From contig DATERF010000072.1 of the NCBI GenBank assembly GCA_035271845.1, positions 1,878 to 65,877 on the forward strand: a stretch of DNA of 64,000 bases, written 5' to 3'. A model generated the notes under the pieces. The model was not told the DNA's origin, did no database searches, and was given only the letters and a program-made list of their open reading frames with translations. The position numbers were made by a program, and so were the translations under genes. Below are positions 28,605-37,584 of this stretch, one piece after another. Positions within the stretch are counted from its first letter, which is position 1. Each line of letters starts with the position of its first letter. The DNA comes from Candidatus Acidiferrum sp. (lineage in GTDB: Bacteria > Acidobacteriota > Terriglobia > Acidiferrales > UBA7541).

Positions 28605-31265
28605 ATGCCCAACTCCGGGTCCAATTCCCCGACGCGTTCGTGGACTTCTTTGCCGCGCCCGATCCTGGTGACTGTGGCGATTCTTTTTTGCGCGACTGCG
28701 ACACTGTATGCAGCGGTGTGGATGTCCAACGCGCGCAACGCTCTGATGGTGGAGTTGGGCTTCAATCGGACCATCGCCGAGGAATACGACCAACAAAAGC
28801 ACTCGATTTTCGTGGCCGACGTGTTGCCAGCTAGCCCCGCGGAACAAATGGGACTCCGCGCAGGGGATCGGATTATCGGTGTTAACGGCGAACTGCTGGT
28901 AACTTCGGCGCCATACGATGAGGCTTATAAAAAAGGCCGTCCCGGCGATCCCGTGGAAATGACGGTAAAACGACCCGGAGAGTCCAAGGCGCTCGAACTG
29001 CACGGCATTTTCCGTGCTCGTCCATCCATTGCGGCCTCCGAAGGGTTGGCCAAATCCTCCGCGCAGCAAATCGTCAATTCCTTTCCGGTGCTCTTCCTTC
29101 TGGTGGGATTTTTGGTGTTGTTTCTGCGGATCGAGGATCCCTTCGCATGGCTGCTCGCTCTCATGTTCACCGCTTTTGCAGCCGCTCCCGGTATCGAGAA
29201 CCCGATGCTTCTGCCACCGTGGGCGCGCGGATTTGCACTGGCGTATCGCGCTGTGTGGGAAGGAATGCTCAGCGGGCTGTTCTATTTGTTCTTCGCGCTG
29301 TTCCCCAGGCGCTCGCCGCTGGATCGGCGATTTCCGTGGCTTAAATGGCTGGGCCTGACTGCCTGTGCCCTGAGCGTTTTAGGCGGTCTGGACACCGGGA
29401 CACCGGCGCTGCCGCACTTTGTGAGTGCGTTGGTGGGGTCGCCCGGCTCCGAAACAATCTTGAGATGCATTAAATACCCCTTGTTTGCACTGGCGATTGT
29501 CTCGCTGGCGCAAAACGCGTTTGGGTCACCTGCCGATGCGCAAAGGAAATCCCGGGTTATTTTCTGGGGGACCGTTTTCGGGGTGCTGCCGATTGTGGCG
29601 GTGCGCGGTGCAAACGACTTCGCGGTCTACCAGCCTTCCTACTGGGTGAACACGGCAGCCGTGATTGTGTTTATTCTCTATCCTCTTTCCTTTGCCTACG
29701 CGGTGGTAAAGCATCGCGTGCTGGAAATACCGGTGCTGCTGCGGCGCAGCGTGCGTTACGTGTTGGTGCAGCGCGGTTATTTCCTGCTCCTTTTCTGCGT
29801 TGCCTTGCTGATGATTTTTCTTTTCTCGCGCTTTTTCTCCGGACTTTTTGCCGGAAATTCGCAGTTTGGCATGGTGTTGAGCGCCGCATTTGGCGTCGCC
29901 ATGGTGTGGGTCTCCGGACCAATCGTCAAGCGCGGCACGGAGCGCATCGACCGGGCTTTCTTCCGCAGTTCCTACGATGCGCGTATGATTCTGCAAGCCT
30001 TGGCGGAAAAAACCCGAACAGTCACGAATCGCCGTGAGCTTGCGCGCTTGCTGGAACTCCACATTGAAGGAGCGTTGCACCCAAAATCGCTGGCGTGCTA
30101 TCTAGCAACCGCTAGTGGAGATCTTTCGGTGGAAGGCGGCGCTCTTCCCGGCGAGGTTGGAACAATCCCGTTTGCTCTACCCCGACCCAAGTTTCCTTTT
30201 CGATTTGGCGCTGGATTCGTTCTCAGAGAAGCGGACACGATTTCAGCGTCGGTTCCCCTCCTGACAGAACTCGCACGACTTGACAAGGCTTGGGATGTCC
30301 CGCCCGCGGTTTCCGACGGGGCCGGGGACATGGACGCGCTGACGCCGGAGTGCCTGGTGCCCATCGTCGGGCGGACCAGTAACTTGATGGGCTTGTTGGT
30401 TCTTGGGCCACGTCTGTCCGAAGAGCCTTATTCCGGAGAGGACAAAACTTTGCTGGAATCTGTTGCGAGCCATGCAGCGGTATCGCTGGAAAATATGTCG
30501 CTGGCCGAACAAATCGCAGATCGACTGGAACTGGACCGTCGCGCGGCGCGCGAAATGCAGATTGCACGCGACGTACAATCGCGGCTGTTTCCCCAAGTGA
30601 TGCCGCAGCTTACTACGATCGAGTACGCGGGCAGTTGCCTGCAGGCACGCCAGGTAGGCGGGGATTATTACGACTTTGTAGACCTCGGTTCCTCCCACTT
30701 GGCCTTCGTGTTGGCGGATATCTCCGGGAAGGGAATTGCGGGAGCGCTGTTGATGGCCAACCTCCAGGCCAATTTGCGCAGCCGCTACGAAGTGGTGCTT
30801 GACGACCTGCCGCGACTCCTGAAGTCTGTGAACCAACTCTTTTACGAGAACACGCCGGACGATCGGTATGCCACGCTTTTCCTCGCCGTTTACGATGATG
30901 AGACGCGCCAGCTCACCTACGCGAATTGCGGGCAGAACCCGCCGCTGGTTTTTCGCGGCGACGGCAGCGTGGAGAGGCTCTCCGCAACAGCCACAGTCAT
31001 CGGCTTATTTCCTGAATGGCAGTGTGCCACGCAAACGATCGTGCTGCATCCGAACGATCTGCTGGTGATTTACACCGATGGTGTGACCGAAGCGAATGAT
31101 GCGGCTGAGAATGAGTTTGGAGAAGAACGGCTCAAGGAGACGGTGCGTAAACACTCGGATCTATCGCCTGCGGACCTGATCACCGCCATTCAGGACGCAG
31201 TACAAAAGTTCAGCGCTGGGGAACAATTCGACGACCTGACCCTGGTGGTGGTCCGCGCCCATTAG
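28605..31265 (+). CDS. Membrane PP2C/SpoIIE protein phosphatase with N-terminal PDZ and a GAF-like domain
   Basis: PDZ (SPAEQMGLRAGDRIIGVNG), about 8 TM segments, GAF-like region, VGGDYYDF, ADISGKG, YTDGVTEA, DDLTLVV. Confidence 0.9.
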   Translation: MPNSGSNSPTRSWTSLPRPILVTVAILFCATATLYAAVWMSNARNALMVELGFNRTIAEEYDQQKHSIFVADVLPASPAEQMGLRAGDRIIGVNGELLVTSAPYDEAYKKGRPGDPVEMTVKRPGESKALELHGIFRARPSIAASEGLAKSSAQQIVNSFPVLFLLVGFLVLFLRIEDPFAWLLALMFTAFAAAPGIENPMLLPPWARGFALAYRAVWEGMLSGLFYLFFALFPRRSPLDRRFPWLKWLGLTACALSVLGGLDTGTPALPHFVSALVGSPGSETILRCIKYPLFALAIVSLAQNAFGSPADAQRKSRVIFWGTVFGVLPIVAVRGANDFAVYQPSYWVNTAAVIVFILYPLSFAYAVVKHRVLEIPVLLRRSVRYVLVQRGYFLLLFCVALLMIFLFSRFFSGLFAGNSQFGMVLSAAFGVAMVWVSGPIVKRGTERIDRAFFRSSYDARMILQALAEKTRTVTNRRELARLLELHIEGALHPKSLACYLATASGDLSVEGGALPGEVGTIPFALPRPKFPFRFGAGFVLREADTISASVPLLTELARLDKAWDVPPAVSDGAGDMDALTPECLVPIVGRTSNLMGLLVLGPRLSEEPYSGEDKTLLESVASHAAVSLENMSLAEQIADRLELDRRAAREMQIARDVQSRLFPQVMPQLTTIEYAGSCLQARQVGGDYYDFVDLGSSHLAFVLADISGKGIAGALLMANLQANLRSRYEVVLDDLPRLLKSVNQLFYENTPDDRYATLFLAVYDDETRQLTYANCGQNPPLVFRGDGSVERLSATATVIGLFPEWQCATQTIVLHPNDLLVIYTDGVTEANDAAENEFGEERLKETVRKHSDLSPADLITAIQDAVQKFSAGEQFDDLTLVVVRAH

Positions 31266-31278
31266 CGCCGGGTTCCAG

Positions 31279-32868
31279 CTACTTTCCTCCCAAGGCGCCC
31301 AGCAGCGCGGTTCCGTTCGGGCTGCCAAGTCCCGTGCACGCGTCCCAGCCTGGACCAGCGGAGTAACCCCCATTGCTCCCCGTAGTGATGTCGTGGAATG
31401 TGGCCTCGGCCTTAGAGGAATATAACAGCGGGTTCAAGTAGCCTACATTTGTTCCCAGCGATTGATTGATCAACGCCAGCAGACCCGCCCATAAGGGAGC
31501 AACCGCGCTTGTGCCGCCGATCACTGATTGCTGCCCGTCCACGACTACGTTGTATCCCGTCTGTGGGTCTGCATCCCCCGCTACATCCGGAACACCGCGG
31601 CCAACAAATCCATTCGGAGCTTTCGGTACGTTAGCACCTTGTTGGAAGGTGGGAAGAGCAAACAGTTCGCTGACGCCCCCGCCCGTTGCTCCTTGGTTCG
31701 CCGACAATTCATTCCAGACTTGTTCGCTGTTGATCGTGGTGCCAGACAGATTCAGCTTCGTGCCGCCGCATGCGACTACGTAGGGACTGGCCGCTGGAAA
31801 ATCGACTGTTGGCGTTCCGCCGGTGGTGCCGTCGGATGCCCCGTCGTCACCAGAAGCGGCAAGAATGGTCACCCCCATGGTAGAAGCATCCTGGCAAGCG
31901 GAGTCAAGTGCGTTGCGCGACTGTTCGGTCCACGAACTCTCCGGGCCGCCCCAACTGATCGATATCACCGACGGCTTATGCGTTGCGTCATGCACTGCCG
32001 TAGTGACCGCGTCGATAAATCCTTGGTCCGTGTTGGGCGCGAAATACGCCGCGATCTGCGCTCCGGGCGCAACGGCTCCAGCCACTTCGATGTCCAGTTG
32101 CACTTCTCCATCCGCTCCGCTGGGATCACCTGTGGGGGAATTCGAGGCTCCATCGACGGAAACCGCAGTGACCTGCGGCGTCGAAACGCCAAGATTGCCG
32201 AAAAAAGTAGCGAGATCGGCAGCGCTGTATCCGCCGCCCAACTCGATGACCGCGATACATTGGCCGGAACCCGTCGCGTTTGTAGGGAACGCGTAGGCTT
32301 GCGCTACTTGTAGAGGTGAGTAGGACGCGGCGGCAGCTTGGGCGTGAACGTCCGGACTTTTCTTGCGCAGGCGGAAATGAGCTTTTGCTTGCGGGCGACT
32401 GTCTAGCCCGAACACGCCTTCAACTATGGACTCCAGATCAGCGGGAATGGTGAGGGTGCCGGTGCGGGCGCGATACGTGCCGGAGGCATGTTCGCAACGG
32501 CGCAAATCCACTCCAAACGCAGCATCAAAGGCCTGAACCGTGCCGCTTAGCTTTACGATTCGACCGGCGCGATCTTCGCTGACTACCTTCAATCCATTTT
32601 GCCCGGCAAACGCGCGGATTTTCTCGAGATCGGCCGTTGATGCGCCGTGCAAACGCGCAAATTCTTCGCGAGTCAGATATTTTCGCTGTTGAGGAGGGAG
32701 AGCACCCGTCTGGGCCGCTGAAGGAAACTTACCAGGGAGGGATCCGCGGCGCAGAAATACGCTCACTTCGATTTTCTGGTTCGGGTCGGCTGGCCCGGCA
32801 TCCTTGCCGCCCGGTAGCGGTGCCCGCGCGCTACCTTTCAACTCCACACGATTTTGACGTTTTGCCAT
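31279..32868 (-). CDS. S53 family (kumamolisin/sedolisin) serine peptidase with pro-domain
   Basis: GEVQLDIE, ISISWG, ASGDDG, RGVPDVA, GGTSAVAP, GWDACTGLGSP. Confidence 0.93.
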   Translation of the reverse strand: MAKRQNRVELKGSARAPLPGGKDAGPADPNQKIEVSVFLRRGSLPGKFPSAAQTGALPPQQRKYLTREEFARLHGASTADLEKIRAFAGQNGLKVVSEDRAGRIVKLSGTVQAFDAAFGVDLRRCEHASGTYRARTGTLTIPADLESIVEGVFGLDSRPQAKAHFRLRKKSPDVHAQAAAASYSPLQVAQAYAFPTNATGSGQCIAVIELGGGYSAADLATFFGNLGVSTPQVTAVSVDGASNSPTGDPSGADGEVQLDIEVAGAVAPGAQIAAYFAPNTDQGFIDAVTTAVHDATHKPSVISISWGGPESSWTEQSRNALDSACQDASTMGVTILAASGDDGASDGTTGGTPTVDFPAASPYVVACGGTKLNLSGTTINSEQVWNELSANQGATGGGVSELFALPTFQQGANVPKAPNGFVGRGVPDVAGDADPQTGYNVVVDGQQSVIGGTSAVAPLWAGLLALINQSLGTNVGYLNPLLYSSKAEATFHDITTGSNGGYSAGPGWDACTGLGSPNGTALLGALGGK

Positions 32869-33068
32869 GGGATGCCTCCACGAAGAGTCGAATGCAGAGG
32901 CCGGGTGAAAAAAGTATAGCTCGAAACTACCGGGGGGCTAGGTTTTTGGTGCCACGGAACGCGGAGAACCAGCCATGCTCGCCAGACGCAAAATGCGGTA
33001 ATTTCTCCTTTGACTTGCAAGCCGGAACGGCATAGAAAGACAAGATACCTTTGGTAAGGAGTTCAACC

Positions 33069-34064
33069 ATGGTGAAGGACCTCTCGCGCAGGGAATTTCT
33101 GGAACAAGTTGGCGCTAGTACTGCCGCCGGAATGGGCTATTCGTTGTTGGGCGAATGGGCAGAGGCTCGGCCAGCCAACCCCAATGTACTGCCTACCCGG
33201 ACCCTTGGCCGCACCGGTGCGAAGGTATCGATTCTGGCGTTTGGTTGCGGCAGCCGGTTCCTGATGTATGACGACGAAGCGGAAGCGTTGGCGGTTCTGA
33301 ATCACGCCATCGACCAGGGCATCACGTATCTTGATACCGCTTACGCGTACGGCGACGGAAAGAGCGAGACGCGCGTCGGTAAAGTGATGGCCACGCGGCG
33401 CAAGGATGTTTGGCTGGCCACGAAAATTCCCGACCGCACCCGCGACGAGTTCATGCGCCGCTTGGAAGGTAGCCTAAAGCGGTTGCAGACGGATCATGTG
33501 GACCTTCTGCACATTCATAGCCTGGGCCGCGCCGAGGACCTGGCCAAAATCGAAGCCCCTGACGGTGCGTTGAAGGGCCTGATGGAAGCACGCGACCAGA
33601 AGATGGCTCGCGCGATCGGCATGACCAGTCACACCAGCGGGGAAGTGATGGCGCAGGCCATTCAGAAGCACGATCTAGACTGCGTGCAGATGGCGCTGAA
33701 CGCCTCGCAGAATGGCAGGTTCGAAGAACTTGCGCTGCCCGCCGCACGCGCCAAAAACCTGGGAGTGATAGCCATGAAGGTCACGGGCCAGGAATTTTTG
33801 CTGAAGAACGACGAGGGGAAAAGCGACATCGATTCCTTGTTACGGTACTCGATGAGCCTGCCCGTAACCACTGCCGTTGTCGGCATGCCGCGCAAGGAAA
33901 TGCTCGATCACAACATAGAAATCGCGCGCGCGTTTACCGCCTTCCCGGAGAGCGATATGGATCGCCTGCGCAAAACCTTACAACCCTCCCGTGAACGCCT
34001 GGAAAAGAATCTTTCCGGCCATCACGACGGACCGACGATCACACCCCACATGTTCTGGGCGTAA
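33069..34064 (+). CDS. Aldo/keto reductase with twin-arginine signal
   Basis: LSRREFLE Tat motif; RTLGRTG, LDTAYAYG, LATK, SLKRLQTDHVDLLHIH. Confidence 0.88.
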   Translation: MVKDLSRREFLEQVGASTAAGMGYSLLGEWAEARPANPNVLPTRTLGRTGAKVSILAFGCGSRFLMYDDEAEALAVLNHAIDQGITYLDTAYAYGDGKSETRVGKVMATRRKDVWLATKIPDRTRDEFMRRLEGSLKRLQTDHVDLLHIHSLGRAEDLAKIEAPDGALKGLMEARDQKMARAIGMTSHTSGEVMAQAIQKHDLDCVQMALNASQNGRFEELALPAARAKNLGVIAMKVTGQEFLLKNDEGKSDIDSLLRYSMSLPVTTAVVGMPRKEMLDHNIEIARAFTAFPESDMDRLRKTLQPSRERLEKNLSGHHDGPTITPHMFWA

Positions 34065-34116
34065 AAGCGCCTCGCCCTACTTGAGTCATTCCCAGCCCCC
34101 ACCCTGATCACTCTGA

Positions 34117-35076
34117 TCAGGGGTTTTCGATGAGGGAGACGTCCGCATTTGCAGCGGTTGCGGCCTGTTGCTGGGGAGGGGTCCCATTCGCGGCAATTTC
34201 GGATTTGACTTGGTCAATTTGTGCACGGGTCAAATGGTGCGAGAGAGACTTGAGGTGCTTGGCACCCAATGGGTCCCCGGCCGCGACGGCCCGCGAGTAC
34301 CAAAGGTACGCTGCGAAGTAATCGATGGGAACGCCTTGGCCGTGCTCGCACAGGTAAGCATAGTTCATGGCGGCGTGAGGCAGCCCCTGCTCGGCAGCGA
34401 GCTTCGACCAGTGGGCCGTTTCGGCATAGTCGACGGGGAGGCCCGTGCCTTTAAAATAGAACAGCGCCAGAACGGCTTGAGCCGGCGCAAAACCCTGCTC
34501 CGCCGAGGCGCGGAACCATTTGGCGGCCTCTGCCAGGTCGGGAGCAGTGGCGTAGCCGAGGTGGTAGAAGGTGGCAACATTGTATTGTCCGACGGGATTA
34601 CCGCCTTGCGCGGCACTTCGATAGTACTCAAAGGCGCGGTTCATGTCCCTCGGGACGCCGCGACCATACTGATACAACCCGCCTAGATTGTTTTCTGCTC
34701 CCGGATGGCCCTGCGCCGCAGCAGCGCGGTAATTCTCGGCGGCCTTGACGTAGTCCAACGGGACCCCTCGTCCGTGCTCATAAAGGTAGCCAAGGAGGAA
34801 CTGGGCCGGGGCAAAATGTTTTTCCGCAGAGGAACGCAGCCAAGAAAGCGCGGAGGCGTAGTCTGGTTGCTTATCCCATAGGAAGGCGTAGCCAAGCTGG
34901 TACTGGGCTTCGGCATCCCCGGCTACAGCGCTCTGACGCAGTGCGATGGCGGACGCTTTGGAATCCTGATCGGGGGAGGGCGGACGGGCGACAGTTGAAC
35001 CCAGAGCAGCAAACAACACGACAAGCAGGGACGCAAGACGAAACCAGGGAGTAAAAGGGCTAGCGGAGCGATGCAT
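34117..35076 (-). CDS. Sel1-like repeat (TPR) secreted protein
   Basis: About six Sel1 repeats (AQFLLGYLYEHGRGVPLDYVKAAENYRAAAAQG etc.); N-terminal signal peptide. Confidence 0.9.
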   Translation of the reverse strand: MHRSASPFTPWFRLASLLVVLFAALGSTVARPPSPDQDSKASAIALRQSAVAGDAEAQYQLGYAFLWDKQPDYASALSWLRSSAEKHFAPAQFLLGYLYEHGRGVPLDYVKAAENYRAAAAQGHPGAENNLGGLYQYGRGVPRDMNRAFEYYRSAAQGGNPVGQYNVATFYHLGYATAPDLAEAAKWFRASAEQGFAPAQAVLALFYFKGTGLPVDYAETAHWSKLAAEQGLPHAAMNYAYLCEHGQGVPIDYFAAYLWYSRAVAAGDPLGAKHLKSLSHHLTRAQIDQVKSEIAANGTPPQQQAATAANADVSLIENP

Positions 35077-35461
35077 GGTGGCCCCCAATTCACAAGTATT
35101 TGGCTAGGTTCCCCCGTGCTCTGCAGCGAAGGCAAAACTTGCTGCAGGATGAGGGACGCAGGCACACCACCAAATATGCGTGAACGAATGGGGCGGCCAG
35201 GCCGCGGTGAAGGCGGAACGAAGCCATCCCTTCGAGACACGCTGAAAGCGCGATGCCCTGCTGGACCACTTCGCTCGCCCTGGGGCGATACGGGATAGAC
35301 GTGAGAGGCTCGGAAAAAGTTCGCTTACCCCCTAAAGATTTTACAATCGTGCCTTGTGGGCCCACAGGCCTGACAAAATGAGAGGACGTCGGCCCCGAGT
35401 CACAATGCCGGATTCAGCACACGGTGTTTTCGACGGGGAAAAGCTATGCTCAGATAAGTAC

Positions 35462-35797
35462 ATGTATGAAAAGAGGCAAAGCGAACGCCGACGAACCCGT
35501 CGTGTGCGGATGAAGCAGAATCTGCGGGTACGGCCGGAAAGCCCGAAAGATGGACACTTTGAGGAAATCGGCATAACTACAAATGTTTCCCAGGACGGCG
35601 TGTATTTTGCCACCCAGAGGGATGACTATCGTGAGGGCATGCGCGTGTTGGTCACGGTGCCGTACCACTCGCCGTATAGCCAGCAGAACTACGAATACCT
35701 CGGCGAGGTTGCCCGGTTGGATAACTTGGAGAATGGCCAGAAAGGCGTAGCAGTGAGGTTTCTGCCCTCCACGAAGAAAAAATCCGCGCTGGGTTGA
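35462..35797 (+). CDS. PilZ domain protein
   Basis: ERRRTRR (RxxxR) and NVSQDG (D/NxSxxG) c-di-GMP-binding motifs; GVAVRF. Confidence 0.85.
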   Translation: MYEKRQSERRRTRRVRMKQNLRVRPESPKDGHFEEIGITTNVSQDGVYFATQRDDYREGMRVLVTVPYHSPYSQQNYEYLGEVARLDNLENGQKGVAVRFLPSTKKKSALG

Positions 35798-35961
35798 GTG
35801 GGGAACCAAAGCGCGTGCTTCGCAAGACGGCCTCTACACCTGAAAAAGCAAAACGCGATTGCGCTGCGGGGTGGCGGAAATGACGCCCGTACGATATTCT
35901 GAATCTTAAGAAGTTGCACGGACTTCCTAAGCAAGACGTCCCCTGAAGCAGGAATACGCCT

Positions 35962-37401
35962 ATGAGTGAGACAAAAACCGTTGCGCCTGGAATGAATACG
36001 GTAACGCCCGGAACGAAGCCGGCGCGGCCTACCTGGAAGCCGGCAGGTAGAGTGCACGCTGGCGAACAGCCTTTCCAATACCCGTTGAAGCGTGAATTTG
36101 TCGAGCCGGATTGGAGGCGTTTGCCCGGTTACAAGAAAGTCAGCAAGGACGAGTGGGAAGCTGCGCTGTGGCAGCGCCGGCACACGGTAAAGAATCTGGC
36201 CGAATTGAAAGAGGTGTTTGGGGAGCTACTACCGCATTCTTTGCTGACTAGTTTGGAACGCGACATCAAAGAACGCGCCACCATGTCCATCCTCGTTCCT
36301 CCCCACATGCTGAATACCATGGACGAGAAGGACCTGTGGAACGATCCGGTGCGGCGCTACATGCTGCCAGCGTTCGACGATCGCCACCCGGAATGGCCGA
36401 GCCACCCAAAAGCGAGTCGCGACTCCTTGCACGAGACAGATATGTGGGCTGTCGAGGGGCTGACGCACCGCTATCCGACGAAGGTGCTGGCGGAGTTGCT
36501 GTCGACTTGCCCGCAGTATTGCGGTCATTGCACGCGGATGGACCTGGTCGGTAACGATGTACCGCAGGTGGTGAAGCTGAAGTTTCAAATACCACAGAAG
36601 GAACGCTACCAGCAGATGTTGGAGTACCTGCGCGTTACGCCTTCGGTCCGCGATGTGGTGGTGAGCGGCGGGGACATCGCCAACACTCCGATTGGCACGC
36701 TGGAGGATTTCTGCTCGAAGCTGATGGACATTCCGAACATTAAAGATATCCGGTTGGCTACCAAGGGGCTGATTGCCATCCCGCAACATTTCTTGCAGAG
36801 CGAAGTGCTGGCAGGTCTCGAGCGACTGGCGAAAAAGGCGCGGGAACGCGGCGTGGACATCGCGGTACACACGCATGTGAACAATGCGCGGCAGGTGACG
36901 CCGCTGGTGCGCAAAGCGGTGCAGGCACTGTTGGATATGGGCTACCGCGATGTACGCAACCAGGGCGTGTTGCTGCGCGGGGTGAACTCCAGTGCGAACG
37001 AAATCTTGGAGCTGTGCTTCATGCTGCTGGATTACGGCAAGATCATGCCGTACTACTTCTACCAGTGCGACATGATCCCCAATGCAGAGCACTGGCGGCT
37101 GGCGATTCACGAAGTGCAGAAACTGCAGCACGACATTATGGGCTACCTGCCCGGGTTCGCGACGCCACGGATGATCTGCGACGTGCCGTTTGTCGGCAAG
37201 CGCTGGGTGCATCAAGTGAAGGAGTACGACCGGCAGTTGGGAATTTCCTACTGGACTAAGAACTATCGCACGGGCATTGAGACGGATGATCCTGAAGCGT
37301 TGAGCCGGCGGTACGAGTACTTCGACCCGGTCTACACGCTGCCGCAGCTTGGCCAGGATTTCTGGCGAGACAAGAGCGTGCAGCAAACGCTTTCGAAATA
37401 A
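35962..37401 (+). CDS. KamA family radical SAM aminomutase (lysine 2,3-aminomutase-like)
   Basis: EGLTHRYP, CPQYCGHCTR, VVVSGGD, HTHVN, NQGVLLRGVN, PYYFYQCD, PFVGK (PLP lysine position). Confidence 0.9.
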   Translation: MSETKTVAPGMNTVTPGTKPARPTWKPAGRVHAGEQPFQYPLKREFVEPDWRRLPGYKKVSKDEWEAALWQRRHTVKNLAELKEVFGELLPHSLLTSLERDIKERATMSILVPPHMLNTMDEKDLWNDPVRRYMLPAFDDRHPEWPSHPKASRDSLHETDMWAVEGLTHRYPTKVLAELLSTCPQYCGHCTRMDLVGNDVPQVVKLKFQIPQKERYQQMLEYLRVTPSVRDVVVSGGDIANTPIGTLEDFCSKLMDIPNIKDIRLATKGLIAIPQHFLQSEVLAGLERLAKKARERGVDIAVHTHVNNARQVTPLVRKAVQALLDMGYRDVRNQGVLLRGVNSSANEILELCFMLLDYGKIMPYYFYQCDMIPNAEHWRLAIHEVQKLQHDIMGYLPGFATPRMICDVPFVGKRWVHQVKEYDRQLGISYWTKNYRTGIETDDPEALSRRYEYFDPVYTLPQLGQDFWRDKSVQQTLSK

Positions 37402-37584
37402 CCGGGACTGCTGATGCGCCGGGCATTCACGCAGCAGTAAAAATAGCGTGCAAAGCTGAATGTTGCTCGCGGTTCGGCCTGCCTTGCTGTAGAAGTAATT
37501 CCATTGCAGTCTTGGCGCCATTTGTTTACTATTGCGTTCTCAAAGTTGCATCAAAACTTGGCCATTGTTAGCGGGAAGACAAAG

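Noticed and set aside
35120-35170. GGCAAA...GGGACGCA resembling a c-di-GMP-I riboswitch upstream of the PilZ gene
   Set aside because: Lacks the GNRA-capped P2 stem and the GCAAAG/P3 continuation; better explained as a simple CTGCAGC...GCTGCAG inverted repeat. An Infernal search with the c-di-GMP-I model would settle it.
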